DNA from: Catajapyx aquilonaris
Lineage: Eukaryota
Direction of reading: 5' to 3'
DNA length: 62,563 nt
Assembly (NCBI GenBank): GCA_000934665.2
Contig: JYFJ02002133.1
Span: 1-62,563 of the forward strand
Position numbers and translations under genes: made by a program. The notes under the pieces are model-generated. The model was not told the DNA's origin and made no database searches. It worked only from the letters and a program-made list of their open reading frames with translations. Below are positions 27,101 to 40,500 of the stretch, piece by piece. The first letter of the stretch is position 1. Each line of letters starts with the position of its first letter.

Positions 27101-27917
27101 TATCGCGGAACATTAGGCCGGTCTGATCGTTACAAGGAAGGAGCTTGTTATGGTCGTATATATATGACAAGTTAAGCTCAAGTGGGGGAAGTTCCAACAT
27201 GGCATGATGTAGGATTATCAGGCACGTCACGGTTGCAAACTGTCGACTTTTGAGAGAGACACTATTATTTTATGTGGACTGTGAAGATATCAACAGTGCG
27301 ATAATGTCAGGTACACGGAATCCGAATTTTTATACTAAAATTACAATGGGGGGGAAAAAGTTTGTCTTCTTAGTCTTATGTATACAGACACAAAGTTTCT
27401 TATGAGAGGTCCCTCCAGCAATAAATTTATTCCGGATGCTTCAAAATTTATTACCCGCGGTCAACCTAACAGTTTCCAGTTCGAAGGGGTTGTGAACAGA
27501 ATGTCTCGTGAATTGGCGGAGATTTAGGGAATTCGTTCGTATACCTTTTTGCCGCCAACTTTTCGCATGCGACTTTTGGGTCGTCTATTCGAGTTACGAT
27601 TTTCGTGCGTTAACGCCTGAGTTGCATATATCATAATGACGTTTTTTTAGAAACCTGGCTTCGGAAAAGTTTTATGAAGCGTAAGCCTAACAATAGGCTC
27701 ATATTTTACAAATGTATCCAAATGTCTTATTGATGGGGTGGTGAATAATAGTCCCAAACTTTTTTCTTATTTTCTTCAGTTGATTCCAAAAAATGTGATA
27801 GATGCTATGTTGCCACGTTGGATCACCCTGAGGCCACAGGGCTATACCACTTTATTTAGCTATCGTTGCATACGCCAAAATTGTGGTACACAATCATCAT
27901 CATTGTCATTGTTGTCA

Positions 27918-27920
<3 letters not shown>

Positions 27921-27962
<42 letters not shown>

Positions 27963-27972
27963 ATTATTATTA
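27921..27972. repeat. (TTA)n microsatellite
   Basis: About 17 TTA units with one interruption. Confidence 0.95.
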
Positions 27973-28243
27973 CTGTTTTTGTTTACGCCCCATTCGTATT
28001 TGCTGTTATGAAGAACAAACTTGACCTGGGACTTTAAAATATATCAGATTACAACATCTGTACACAAATATGAGTGACAGTTTCCTTTTATGAATTTCCT
28101 ATAAGTTATTTTACATTCGCCTTAAGAGCAAGATGTGTATACTTGTAATATTGTATTGCTCAAGTTATAAGTAACTTGACACTTACGCAATAAAAAATTC
28201 ACTGCCATTATACAAATTCGATGACGTGTTATTGTTGTCATGC

Positions 28244-28318
<75 letters not shown>
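28244..28318. repeat. (AAT)25 microsatellite
   Basis: Perfect AAT run. Confidence 0.95.
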
Positions 28319-28319
<1 letters not shown>

Positions 28320-29271
28320 TATTTGTGTGTAGGGTCTAAGGCAAAAAATTACTCGCTCGTTATTAATTAGCGAATCCGCAGAATTAAATTCCAGGCACAA
28401 TCACGAAACAAGTGATGCAAGTGCATAACTACAGTGTTTCAGCCATTACGAAACAATGTTACGATTGCAATGTGGTCTAACCGGCTTCGGTCATATACAT
28501 ACAAGTTGGTAATAATGGCAAAAGTCCCATGCTGGTGACAATATAAATACATGCAAATGTGACAACCGTAAATATCACGAAGAGCCACATCCCTCTCACA
28601 CTCCCAGCTGCATATTGCACGAGCACCTCATAAATAACAGTTTGACTGAAATTAGCTAGAACACACCTGGGCACATGACCTGACCCCATGACCACTCTTA
28701 CCTTCACGTGAGAATCCTGCTTCCCCACATGTCCCCATCCACGTGACTTAGCCAGGGAGGCGATCATCATGAACTAGGTTCACGCATTTTTTATTATTAT
28801 AATAATTCCCATCCCTCCGCCCTCCGCCAGGTGTTATCCACACACCAGCTGACCAGTTCACGTGGCGGGAGGGCGGGGGTAAGACTCGCACTACACACGT
28901 GGTGTGGGTCACTCGAGGTCACCACCACTAACACTGTCCGTCTGCTGCTGACAAAACCTGCGGCTGGTCTCTCCCCGCCCCCCTTCGACAGTGTGCGCAA
29001 CAGGGCCAGCCTTTTCCCCCCCCTTACTAAGGGTTGGCCCCCACGCTTGTTTTTACCCGTCTGTCCCCGGTCCCTTCCGCCCTATCCGCTGCCGTCATTT
29101 GGCAATTTCAAATCGCGCGCTTCAACAACCAGCGCCATCTACCAACCCAGAAAACTTCCTTTTCCCCAGCTGAGAAATAACACACGATTCAGCGAATCCT
29201 GCATGAACTCGGGAAGTGCAGATAAAAGGCCCGCGACGGTGGAATTGACAGCGATAAATCTTGGTCAGAGG

Positions 29272-29274
<3 letters not shown>

Positions 29275-29338
<64 letters not shown>
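29275..29338. repeat. (GA)n microsatellite / GAGA-factor-type tract
   Basis: About 32 GA units with one substitution, inside a CpG-rich island. Confidence 0.92.
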
Positions 29339-32300
29339 GCCTGCAGGAGAAGTGCGTGGAATGGTATTCACACGACCGCGGTCCCGGAATTTTCATCGCG
29401 CCCCAGTTAACTACAATTTTCTCAAGTTATCACAAGCTCCAGCAGTCTTCCTCCTGCCTTTTGCCTTTCAAGCAAAAGAATTCGATATAAATTGCCTGTT
29501 GGAGGGTAGGGTGGAATGAAAAAGGTTGAAGGGGATGGAGAGAGGAGTTTTTTTTTTTCAACGCGCGCAATTCGAATTAATCCACCCCCTCACACACAAG
29601 CGCTTTAATTGAACTTTCACGCTTTTCTGCGATTGCCAAGCTTTCCCCCACCCGCGTTTTTTTTTTTCTAATGGATTTCCATTAAATGAAAATGCCAGGG
29701 CAGAGTAACATGTTGCTAGAGATTTGGGTCCTGCTCCTGCATAATGCCAAATTAGGTAGCCTCGAGGAAAGGGAACATTCGTCTTGTGATTCTGATTCCC
29801 CTCTACCCTCTAGACTTCCATTTGTTATTATTGACGGTGCCGACAAAATTAAACCCGGTTCACTCAAACGGAACGAGAGATGACGCTGCCGTTTGTTATG
29901 TCACATGTGTCATGGACTTACAATAAGAGTCATGCACACGTCCGTGACTTGATGCCACATACATCTTCCATTACGTTGACAAACGCTAGGTGTATTGTCC
30001 TGTGTGATCTGAACACACTTGGTGAAAAACAAATCCGCATAAATCTCCAGACAATTAGTTCACCCAAACAATGACGTTTTTTAAGAGCGAATTATAGCTC
30101 GTCATAAATCAGCACAAGTAAACTAGCAGCGCCGACATGAAATAAATGCTTATACCATGCGATCAGTGTTTCAACAACTGGAATGGAAGTGAGTAAAAAT
30201 TTACCACCCGGCTGAAGGTCACTTACATGTTCCACTTGACCACTTCATTTCAGTAGTGTAAAAAACCTGCCAACGACTTTCGCGCCAACCATGACTTGTC
30301 ACGAAGGGTCATATTCCACCGGCTCATGTTATCAACGCTTCCCACGAATTATTGCGTCAGGAAACACACAACCGGTTGCAAATCTTGGCGCACTTTTGCC
30401 ATAAAAACACTTATCGTTAGTCTACAAAAAATGCGATAATCGGTGAATTACTTTCAATTACTAACCCGGAATTGGACGAACGGGAATTAACGTGCATTTA
30501 TCAGCCATCTATTTCATTCATTATCTCTCTTTACCTGAAAAATAGCCAGCTAAAAAAGTCACCAATCATATTCGATTTGCACACGGCCCGCTGTTAGGAG
30601 AGACATCACCGGATTTTGCACGAACTACTGTCCGCATCATTTTGTTCCGGACTGTATCCCACCATGGAATAAACCGATTATGTAGAAAACCTTCCCTTCT
30701 CCCCCCCCCANCCCCCCATAGGAATATGCATGAGGCATCACATGCCGCAAATTCAAATTATGAATTAAGGGGATGAAAGTACAGGGAGTTGGTGCACCGG
30801 ATGGTGTGCAACTCGATTATAAGTTTTTACCACATTCCTACCTAAAACCTGACCGACGTGGGTTGGAAATCCTGCCAAAATTCCGGATGCCCACTTGGGG
30901 CCTCGCAACAAGCCGGTGAATAATGTCGTATGGAGACCTCCAGTCAAGTTGATGCGACACAGACCCGAGGCCGCCATTTGCTGCTCTTGGCCAGCCGGAT
31001 GCAAGCCATAATAAATCCCTAACCCCCCCGCTTCCTTCCCTCCCCTACCCTATTCCCCAACCTTCACAGTTACATGCTGGACTTTGTCTAGTTTTGCAGG
31101 CCACTAATTTCATTACATGCCTCTGTGTAAGATCAAAATCCTGCCGACTTCACAAGTGGTACCTCCCAAGGCGATCGTAAAATTGTCAGAAGTGTACTGT
31201 TGACCCGCATCATTAACACCCTTAATTAGCTCCTTTTTTATGTTCTTAAGCTGTGACCAATCTCTAACCAATGATTATCCGAAGAGCAATAAAAAGGCAT
31301 TTGTATGCTGATCTACAACAACCCCTTTCCTATTTACGAGCGCGGGCGCCCGTGACAAGCAGCCCCTTGCCTGCACCAGCCCACTTGATATACCACTTCA
31401 TGATGGTTATTACGGCCATAAAATCTGAGTTAAGTGAAAATATGGTGTGGCTGAGGTCAGGGCAAATTACCAAGGGACAAGTCGGGGAGGACTACTTGAG
31501 CGCCCGTTGATACACATGCTATTATCACCTCCTGTGACGATAACGGCGCTTTTATTGCCCGGGCCCCGTGCTCGCTCATCTCGCCAAAGGCAGGCGGGCT
31601 AGACGAAGCATGGGGCCCCCCCGAACCCCCCACTTTTGGAACAACTTTCCTTGGGATGTTTCCAGCGCTACTTGTTCCTATTTTGTAAATGACTCACGCC
31701 TTGCGCGAACGACAGCGACTACGGGTCTGTGAAATGTATGGGCCGCTTATGCCTCCGAACCACCCAGATAGACGCATTGGCCATTTAATTAATAATTTAA
31801 TAATAAAACGTATGTCCGTTGTTTAATGACCGTAATACCGCTAAAACTAACCGCAGAGTAGCATTGACATTTTGATAACAAGCCATTAGTTCAGGCTGGG
31901 TCCGCGCCTACTTGAAGACAATAGAAGTGGCTGGCTGTTGGTCACCATAATCACCCTACTCGGTCATATTCGCCTGCTGCATATAGGCGGATACAAAACA
32001 ATTGCGAAGGAAAACACGCAACGACTTCCGTCCGAAATAAGTGTGGCTTATCAACGCCCGAGTTTTTGGGAGGCCTGAAACTACCACGTAGCAGACATTT
32101 CTCACCCGGTATGTCACGGGACGAATGTTTTTAGAGGTCCTGCGTGAGGCACTCCATGTGGAAACATGCGATGGATACGATTGGCATAAAATGAGAAGCC
32201 TCCCAAACTCCATCATGTGCGTCAGTCCGCGTTTTCATCGATTACACCGTCCAACTAAAACCCAGCACCATTGCACTAAATTACGATTAGACTACCCGCG

Positions 32301-35300
32301 GACACAAATCTGCTGGCATGTACCCTCCATCATCGCAACCCATGAAGGAAGAGGATAAGTAAGACTTGATTCACATGCTGGCGTACATCTCTTGAGATTA
32401 CGTCAGCAAGGCTGTCACGATTATCCCATTGTCCAACCCCACTTGAGGGCACACATCACGCGTTATGTATGCGAACCAAGCTTGGAATTATAGTGTCCGG
32501 ATATAAAAGTGATACGAACGGATATCCTGTAGGTTGGATTAGCCGTCCTTATTTGGCAGGGATGCAGGGAGTGGGTGCAGTATATTGATTCGAGATGGGG
32601 GAAGGTGGGGGACCAGTCCGGGGGAGTCGGGCTTTTGTGTCGGCACAGGCATGAGACGTGCAAGCCCGGCCCCAGGCAAAGCTTCAGCTTTTCTCCCCAC
32701 GCTCCCTAGAACTTCCTCTGGCAGCAGAATAGAGGATGCGGCCATGGATGGGGAGTAGGGGGGGAGTCTTGGCGAACGAAGCAGATCGATGTTGGATGTC
32801 ATTCACCAGGGGAGCTGCTGGCGGTGGAAAAGCGAGGGAGAGTTATCAGAGCGGCCATGTTTAGCCTCCAGGCCCAAATTGAATATTTGCCTGAATACTA
32901 GTGTGAAACATACCCTCATATTTCCTTGTCCTCTTTCGCTTATTTTCCCTTTCAAGAGTCTTCCCTTAGGTCTCCCCTCCTGGCTTTTACGGTGTGTCCA
33001 TCAAGCACCCATTGTGACACTTAAAAAAAGGATCCTGGGCCAGACCTCTACGGGAGTCCCGCTGTCATCTGCGGCAGGTAGACTAGGCTTCGGGCGCTCT
33101 TCTTTTTCTCTGGAGGGGCCAACAACCAGGAAGATTCTACGGAGGTGATTTACAACCAAGCAATGTGCACGCCCTTTTTTCTGCCAAACCGTCGTTGTCA
33201 GATTTATGCTCGTATTAGCCAGAATATGGGTTAGGTATTGTTGCGAGTCGCATCTGGCGCAATACTCCAAGTGGCTCATTGTTCATCTCATTGGGCGAGG
33301 ACGTATACATTGGGGCGTGAAGGAGTCCCGAGGGTTCAGTACCCAACTTGTGAATACTTGATGCCGAGTTGCTAAAGGAAATAAGCCGCCCAGCAGCACC
33401 GTCAGTCGATAACACCCCCACCCCCACAGCAGCACAGCCTCCCCTAGTGTTCTCTCCAATTAATTGGAAAGGCTTCCAATATATGCATGCCGACGGAGTG
33501 CCATAAATCTGCCAATCGTGTGAGGGCACGCATTGTGCTTCTACATATTCATCCCCGGAGGATTATGGCCCTTTTTCTAGGGACTTTCTGGGACACCCCG
33601 TATATACGGTGGGCTTCAAAAAAAAAGAATAAAAAAAGAATCCCTACTTAGCCCCTGATGATACGATGGCGCTGCTTGTCTTTTGTCTCTGGAGAGCCTT
33701 TAAATTCCGGGGGCCTTCACTCCGCTTTGTCTCTTTTGGACGATGGCCCCGCGTCTAATCGAACTTCCATGTGCAGGGGTGGAGATGATGAGAAAAGAGC
33801 TACTCCCCAGTGACGAAGCGAGAAATTGTCACTTCGGGCAACGGGCTAAGTTATGGCATGGGGGGGCTCTGATGACGGGGATCTAAATTATATATGCCTC
33901 AAGACAAGAGTGGGAGAGAGGACGCCAGGTAGAGGATGCGCGTGTATACCCAACTTGATTGGAAAACGTGTAATCTAATATAGCCTAAAGCATAGCTGCT
34001 AACGAACCATTACCACGTTGTTTACTTTTTTTTTAAAAAAAACCCAGCGTTTTATAGTAAATGGTACTAGATAAAAGGATAGCTAAATTAACTTGTTTCT
34101 ACTCGCATTTCATGTCATTACTTGTGCTTAATGCCCCCTTTTCGACGCAGGTAGGCGGAGCCAAACTCTGGACGCCATTCTCCCCTCCTACCGCCATTTC
34201 TCCACGTCACTTCCAACCCAAATCTCGGCCCTTTGACTGGCGCACAACGCTTCATGTAAACCGTCACTCGAATACCACAAATTTTTGTCAAAACTATACT
34301 ATACATAACGTTTACCGCTAAAAACTTGTGGTCAGACTAGGGTGTACAATTTTCTTCAAGGCGGCAACCTTGTTTCCGGGAACCTGCTGTGTCTCATTCC
34401 AATGTGGTGTGTAGGACGCAGGTGTGACAGGACTGAATCGAGTTGGGGGAGATAAAGCTAACGGAATGGCTTGTAAGGAAATTCAACGACGCCGTTACAT
34501 CACTTGGAACTTGGAAGCCAGGTGACCAAAATGGGGTCTTAAATGCGGTGCAAATGGGGGACCAAATTTTGAATGGATTTGAAAATTAAAATATTGGGTA
34601 GGTTTTTTTTTGTGTGTGTGTGTAAAACCGATGGAGGATGAAGGATGAGATGCGGCAACTGGCTGAAATTTATGAAGTACGCTCTCTTATCGGGTTTACG
34701 GAACTCAAAGTCTTGGCGTGAGGCCACATGGGAGTTGAAATCACATGCGGTATAGCAACCGGTATGTGGTCAACCGGTAGTATTGGTGGTGCAAATACCG
34801 GATTAACCCTGGCCATGAAATGTTGTCGAGTCAGCACGGTGAGCTGTGTTTGCTGTAATGTATTGCGACAATTGAAATCTTGGGTGGGAGGATGGGATAC
34901 ACATTTTTTTACGAAATTAAGGGCGAGCTACTGTTCAGGATTAAAATTTCGCTAATAAATAAACTGATTGTTACCGGCATTTGGTGCCTGTATTATGTAA
35001 CAAATATTAACTCAGTCTACAATTAATCCTGCAGCTCACAGAGGCTGAATATATCTGTATTTCAAATCGCGTTAGTGTAATTATGAACTTAGAAGATTTA
35101 GGAGAATTTATCATACCATATATGTAACTATAATAATCCAACTAGCTTATAAATTCGGTGCATTTTGTTGTCGCTTATGGTAGACAGGCCCACTGAATTT
35201 ATTTTTTGATTCCACGTCAGACGGTAATTTGGCAACCAATTTTGCTGGACTGTAACCGGGACACACTCTAAAATATTTTGAGTACTTTGGGTTTAGCTTT

Positions 35301-36489
35301 TTCTTGATACACGATTTTTCCTTGTCGAATTATTTTCATCCTATAAGTTATATGTTAGTCCTATTAAATCGAGCTATATGGAGAAATATTACGGGAGTGT
35401 GATTCCCATTCATTTTCTTCAGAAAATAGCTTTATTTGAATTTGAAAATTTTGCTCTCACTTGAGGGGAAAATATCATTTAATTTTATGGGTAAATGGGT
35501 AAATGTTAATTACAAAATGCTCAAAATGCAATGTTTCTGTGTATTAAAATTTTGCAAGCCAATAAATAATAGCAAGCTAATGTTCAAATAGAGTAACTTG
35601 ATTTTTTGTCTTACTGACAAGTTTCTATTTACAGCGCAATAGTTGGCATTCCTCCATAAGCCATCTTAAGAACTACTGGATATCTATAGTCTGTGTAGTA
35701 CGAGTATAAGGAAATGTATAAGGGAACAAAACCCACCAAACAGAAATTTTGTTTAAATGTGCCCACGGTTTTCCCCTATGTTTGTTGGCCCAACAATAAT
35801 TTTTCATTAACCTAAACATGGGTCGGAAACAAGTCTAGGTGTCATGGTGGCATTTTTACACGAATTGTAACTGTCATAATATTGTTATTACGATTCTTTA
35901 ATATCTTCCTACAGTTATAAATGTCGATGTCTGGGAGGGTATTGGCATCATATAAGGGACTGATAAAAACACCACAGGCAATATTTTATCATGAACAAAT
36001 ATTTTGTTATAACAGTTCATTTTTTTCGAGTGTTTTGTTTAAGTTATTCTGTTTACAATGTGTGCCTAATTCAGGAATAAAATTATTTTGTAATAGCAAT
36101 GAGTTACATCCAACTTTATCAGAAACGTGGATCTGCACAATGCAATATACACGGTTTTTAGCATAAAATTATAGCAATTAAAAATAGTGGTACGCTTTTC
36201 CTGCCCGCTTTCACTGTGTGGATAAAAATGTAAATAAAGAAAACACTATAAGGCGTTGATCCCTGTCAAAAATTACAGCAGGCTTCAGGCACACAAAATC
36301 GGCTTTAGACAATATATTCTTGGGTCATAACTAATGGTAATAAATTTTGAATGGAAAACCCACATTAAGCAAAGGTTGGGAAATCAGAATCATGGAACTC
36401 CATATTTTTCATTACCGTACCCTTGAGCATGAACAATAGCAGTCATTTTCAACTATAAAAAGTAACCCAATATCTGAGGGGTCTCACAG

Positions 36490-36723
36490 TCAGATCAAAG
36501 GCGGCTAAGTCCCCCCCCCCCCCCAAAAAAAAAAAAAAAAACGGGTCGTAAAATGAGCAAAAACTGCTGATGATTACTCTTCAAACTTTTTGCGTCCATA
36601 TGTTGCCACGGCTCAGCTACATACGCAAATGTGAAATTAATACCCAATGACATTAAAATACATTATTACTGGACGTATTTGTGTTACACGCCCCAAAAAT
36701 GGACTTAGCCGCTTTTGATCTGA
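36490..36723. mobile_element. MITE-like element with 23-bp terminal inverted repeats
   Basis: tcagatcaaaggcggctaagtcc (36490-36512) vs ggacttagccgcttttgatctga (36701-36723): 22/23 reverse-complement match. Confidence 0.7.
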
Positions 36724-39697
36724 TACCCCCCATCTACATATGCTTATTGGAAACAGCTAAATATGCATATTGGACAATCTTGTATAGATGCGATTCAACA
36801 ACAACAAGAATTGAGGTAATTAATATATGCTCAGTTGACATCATGCTATTCAAAGCATCGTTCATATTATGAATCTACAGAGCTAAGTACAGGGTGACTC
36901 AGTGACTATTCCCTTAGCGACAGACCTGATTAAAACACAAGCAACAATATTTTGTTATCGCCCAAAACCGGTGAGGTCACAAGAAGGTTGAGGGGACCGC
37001 ATCCGGAGATATCCGGGCGAGTAAGAGGGGAAGTTCCTTACTCATGGTGGCCTTCTGGGAAATGGCGTCAGAGAAACAAGGCGAGGGAAAGAGGGAAAAC
37101 AAGATAGATCAGTCTTTTCTGCCAGCCAGGGCGCTCTCCGGGTAATCGGCCATGCAGTTCAAGTCAGATCGGTCACCAGAGGGAAAGATCGACCCTGAAT
37201 TGAGTCTAGTTAACTAAATTGCTCCATGAGGTCGCCAGACTGACACTCGGATATTTTTCTTCATTTCTGATGGGCCAGCTATGACATTTGTAGGGAACCT
37301 ATCTTGCGGATTCATCTTTGCTCCCATGTGGGGACTTGCAGGAAGGAAGGGAGGGGAGGAAGAAGAAGAAGAAGAAAGAAAAAAATGAGGAAACAAAGAA
37401 GCGGCAAAGAAGATTAGACAAGAGGCGAGGGAGGTACGTGGGGAATCACAACTAGCAACTTCTGCCGACTTTTCCGCTACGATATGGTTGCACGGTTCAG
37501 GATTTCCTTGCAAAACGTCGTCCGGAGGCGATACTATCATCTTGAAGTGGTGGGGATTACTGTTTCTCCCATGCAAAATTTCCAGCTATGTTAATCAATT
37601 TTTTGTTTGGAAAACTCACGCTGAAACTCTCTAACATTTCGTTATCGTTTTTTTTTGTTCCACACGGAAAAGCCGACAGCCCAGGGCGGACTAAAGGTGA
37701 GAATTACAGTCTCCAATTTGGATGATGTAAGTCTCATTCCTGTTTGCCCCCTCGTGTCTTGAAAAACCGCTCAATCAGTGCAGGTACAAATTTTTTCCAG
37801 CTTGCGAAAAACCCTTGCGTGGGAGTGGACCCAAAGGACTGGTCTTCAACATCAATTTTCACTTCATTTTTCATTATTGCACCCCATTTTTACAAGTTAG
37901 TTACGCTTGACCGCACTTTTTCGAGGGTTAAGATTGCATAATGCACATTTAATTCTAGTGTTTGTTACGCGGTATGTCTAATGACAGACGTTAGAAGCCT
38001 TAAGAAATAGCTCACGGTTTTTGAGATAACGTGTCTGACATCGCCAAGCGTGTTCGACATGAATCATAATAATTCACCACCTCTTAAACAATAGGTAAGA
38101 GCACCGGGTTAAAAAAAAGAGCTTAAGCGGTGTTTTCAAGACACATTGCTTGCCTCTAAAACCTTAATGCTATTACCTGGCAAAAGTGATAAAAAACAAG
38201 TGGGTGCAGTTGCTAGTCTATGACTCCCCACATTTAATTTTCAGTGAGTTTGGGCTAAACGGCAATGGCCAAAACTGACAAGCAGAGCTGGGCAAGTAAC
38301 CTGGTTAATGTGCCGCATCTTTCCTAATGAGAAAACCACACGCGCTGATGCACCGCGCCAGTTTGGAGGATCGCCAGATATTTTTCTCACCTGTTACCTC
38401 CATCTCAACAACAAATAATTTTCACCGCATTTTATTCAAAGGGCGATGAATCGGGGAAAAATTTGCACGTGGATATTTCTGAATTTTTAGCAAATAAAAA
38501 TGGTGTCTTGCGACATATTTAATCAGAAATCTCAGACGTTATTAAGGCAAGGGGAGCACAATTTGGGCGCGTTAATTTTTTAGAACGTTTCCGCTGGGGA
38601 CAATTGAAGGGCATTACTGTAACCCAAATTTTTTTGCAAAAAAAACAACAAAAAATTACTCGCACGTTAGTGTTTTTGCAACATATTTTGGTACATGTCC
38701 GAATAGTTTTTTTAGCACAGGATGTCATAGCCTTCATAGACCGGTTCGATGGTCAATCAAGTGGTCAAGCCGGTTACATGACGCAGGACGTCGGAGGGTA
38801 GGGAACAAAATGGCCCCAAGTTATTTTCATCTCTCCCCTTGAGCTCTTCCTTCCTGGTGTAGTCAACTATTCCAAACCCATGCAGCTACAATAGACCATA
38901 CCGGACGGACAAACGCTAATTTACAGCTATCTCGGGATTCACTAGCACAAATGCACCGGCATAGAAACGATGATAAATGCGGAGAAATATATGCGGACTG
39001 CTAATAAAAGTGAGCGGACCAAAATGTGGTTGGAAATTATTCGCCTGGTCGTGAATGCTTATTTTTCACTTTCATTTCATTCAGTGTTTATGTGCGGAAA
39101 TATTTTTTATGCAAACAAGGTCACGTGGATTACCCGTCATTGTGGGTAACCAGAACCACGTGATTGTGTTGATAATATTCCAAAAATACATTTTTTTTTC
39201 CAAATTCAGTGTGTATGCACAACACATGATCTTCCAGGATATATGTTATTGTTTCACCACAAACCACAACCGGTTTCATCCTCAAACCTCAAAAATGCCT
39301 GGTAGGCCCAAACTTAGAATTCCATGTGAGTCCATAACTCTCGTTTTTTTTTTTCGTCTCCCCCCTTGAACTTGCAAATCCCCCACCTGCCAGGCACGTA
39401 ACCGACGTGCAGAGCTTCTTAAACATTTCGCATGTAATACTGGAATTGGCTGTTTGCGCTACTCGTTTGTCACTAAAAAGACCAGATTGGAGTATCCACA
39501 AGACTAGCTGGTGGCCAAGGCACCTTTCGGCTCCATAACTCTCTCCTAGCACATGGGGCTGGGCGTGGGAGGAGGTTGGTAGTAGTGGGGAGGGCAAGGG
39601 GGTTACACGTCGCCAGGGTCAAGCCCATCTATTGAGGTAAATTATCTGTACACCGGCCCTATTACTACAGAAAAAAAACGATTTGAGCGACACCTAC

Positions 39698-40500
39698 CTT
39701 GTTCCTTAGTGGACGAAAGGTATACTGATTGTTTCCTTTTTTTGGGGTTTACAATTTTTTTTTATTTATCCACAGCTTCCCAGAGATTTATGGACGTTTC
39801 ATCTTACGACATATACTGAGGAGTTTTAATTTGGGGTGCGGATGCGGCGGGCCGGCATGCCTCTGCCGGATTAACGAGTAATCCCATTCGCACTTTCGGA
39901 GGCCAGCTGGACCGTCCGGGTTGGCACCGAGCACCGACACTGCCGAAAATTCACGCCCGACTCTCACCGGCGCCGATGACCCGACCCGCGTGTACTGGTC
40001 GTAAGTGCCCATTCACACCCGGGGGCGGGTAGACGTGACGATCCTATCGAGCAGGGCATGTAAAACTCGGGGTTTGAGAGGGTTACGCCAGGCTCATACC
40101 CCCACAAATTATAGTAATAATTTGATAGAGTGTTGCACACCATTCAGACTTCAAAAAAATTCACAACCGCACTAAAAAGAATATTGATAGCAAGGCACCC
40201 CGGGTGGCGCGGTTTCAACAATTGGAAGACAGTGTGGCCAGTTCTTTTACATAAAAAAATGGGTGTTATTGTTGGGTGTGTATATGTGTGTGTTGAGCAC
40301 ACCCACCGATGCAGTGTGAGACTAGGGCGGACTGGGCCGACTCTGGGGCTCCGGGAGAGGAGGAGGATCGAGAAGACATGCGGCGGCCCGGCCCAGAGTC
40401 GGCGCAGCGCAAAATCATCTCTCTCTCTCTCTCCCTCTCTCACCCACCCTTCTCTCCCTCTCTATCCCCCTTCCTTTTCCCGCCTTTCATCACAGCTCTA
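39698..40500 (-). promoter_or_regulatory. CpG-rich island with GA-rich tract and downstream donor; candidate Antp promoter / non-coding first exon
   Basis: High CpG density at 39830-40050 and 40320-40410, CT/GA tract at 40418-40480, and minus-strand donor AAG|GTAGGT at 39697. No clean Inr+DPE found. Confidence 0.3.

Noticed and set aside
28831..29490. 219-aa ORF with ERERER repeat
   Set aside because: Low-complexity product of the GA microsatellite and GC-rich island; no recognisable domain.
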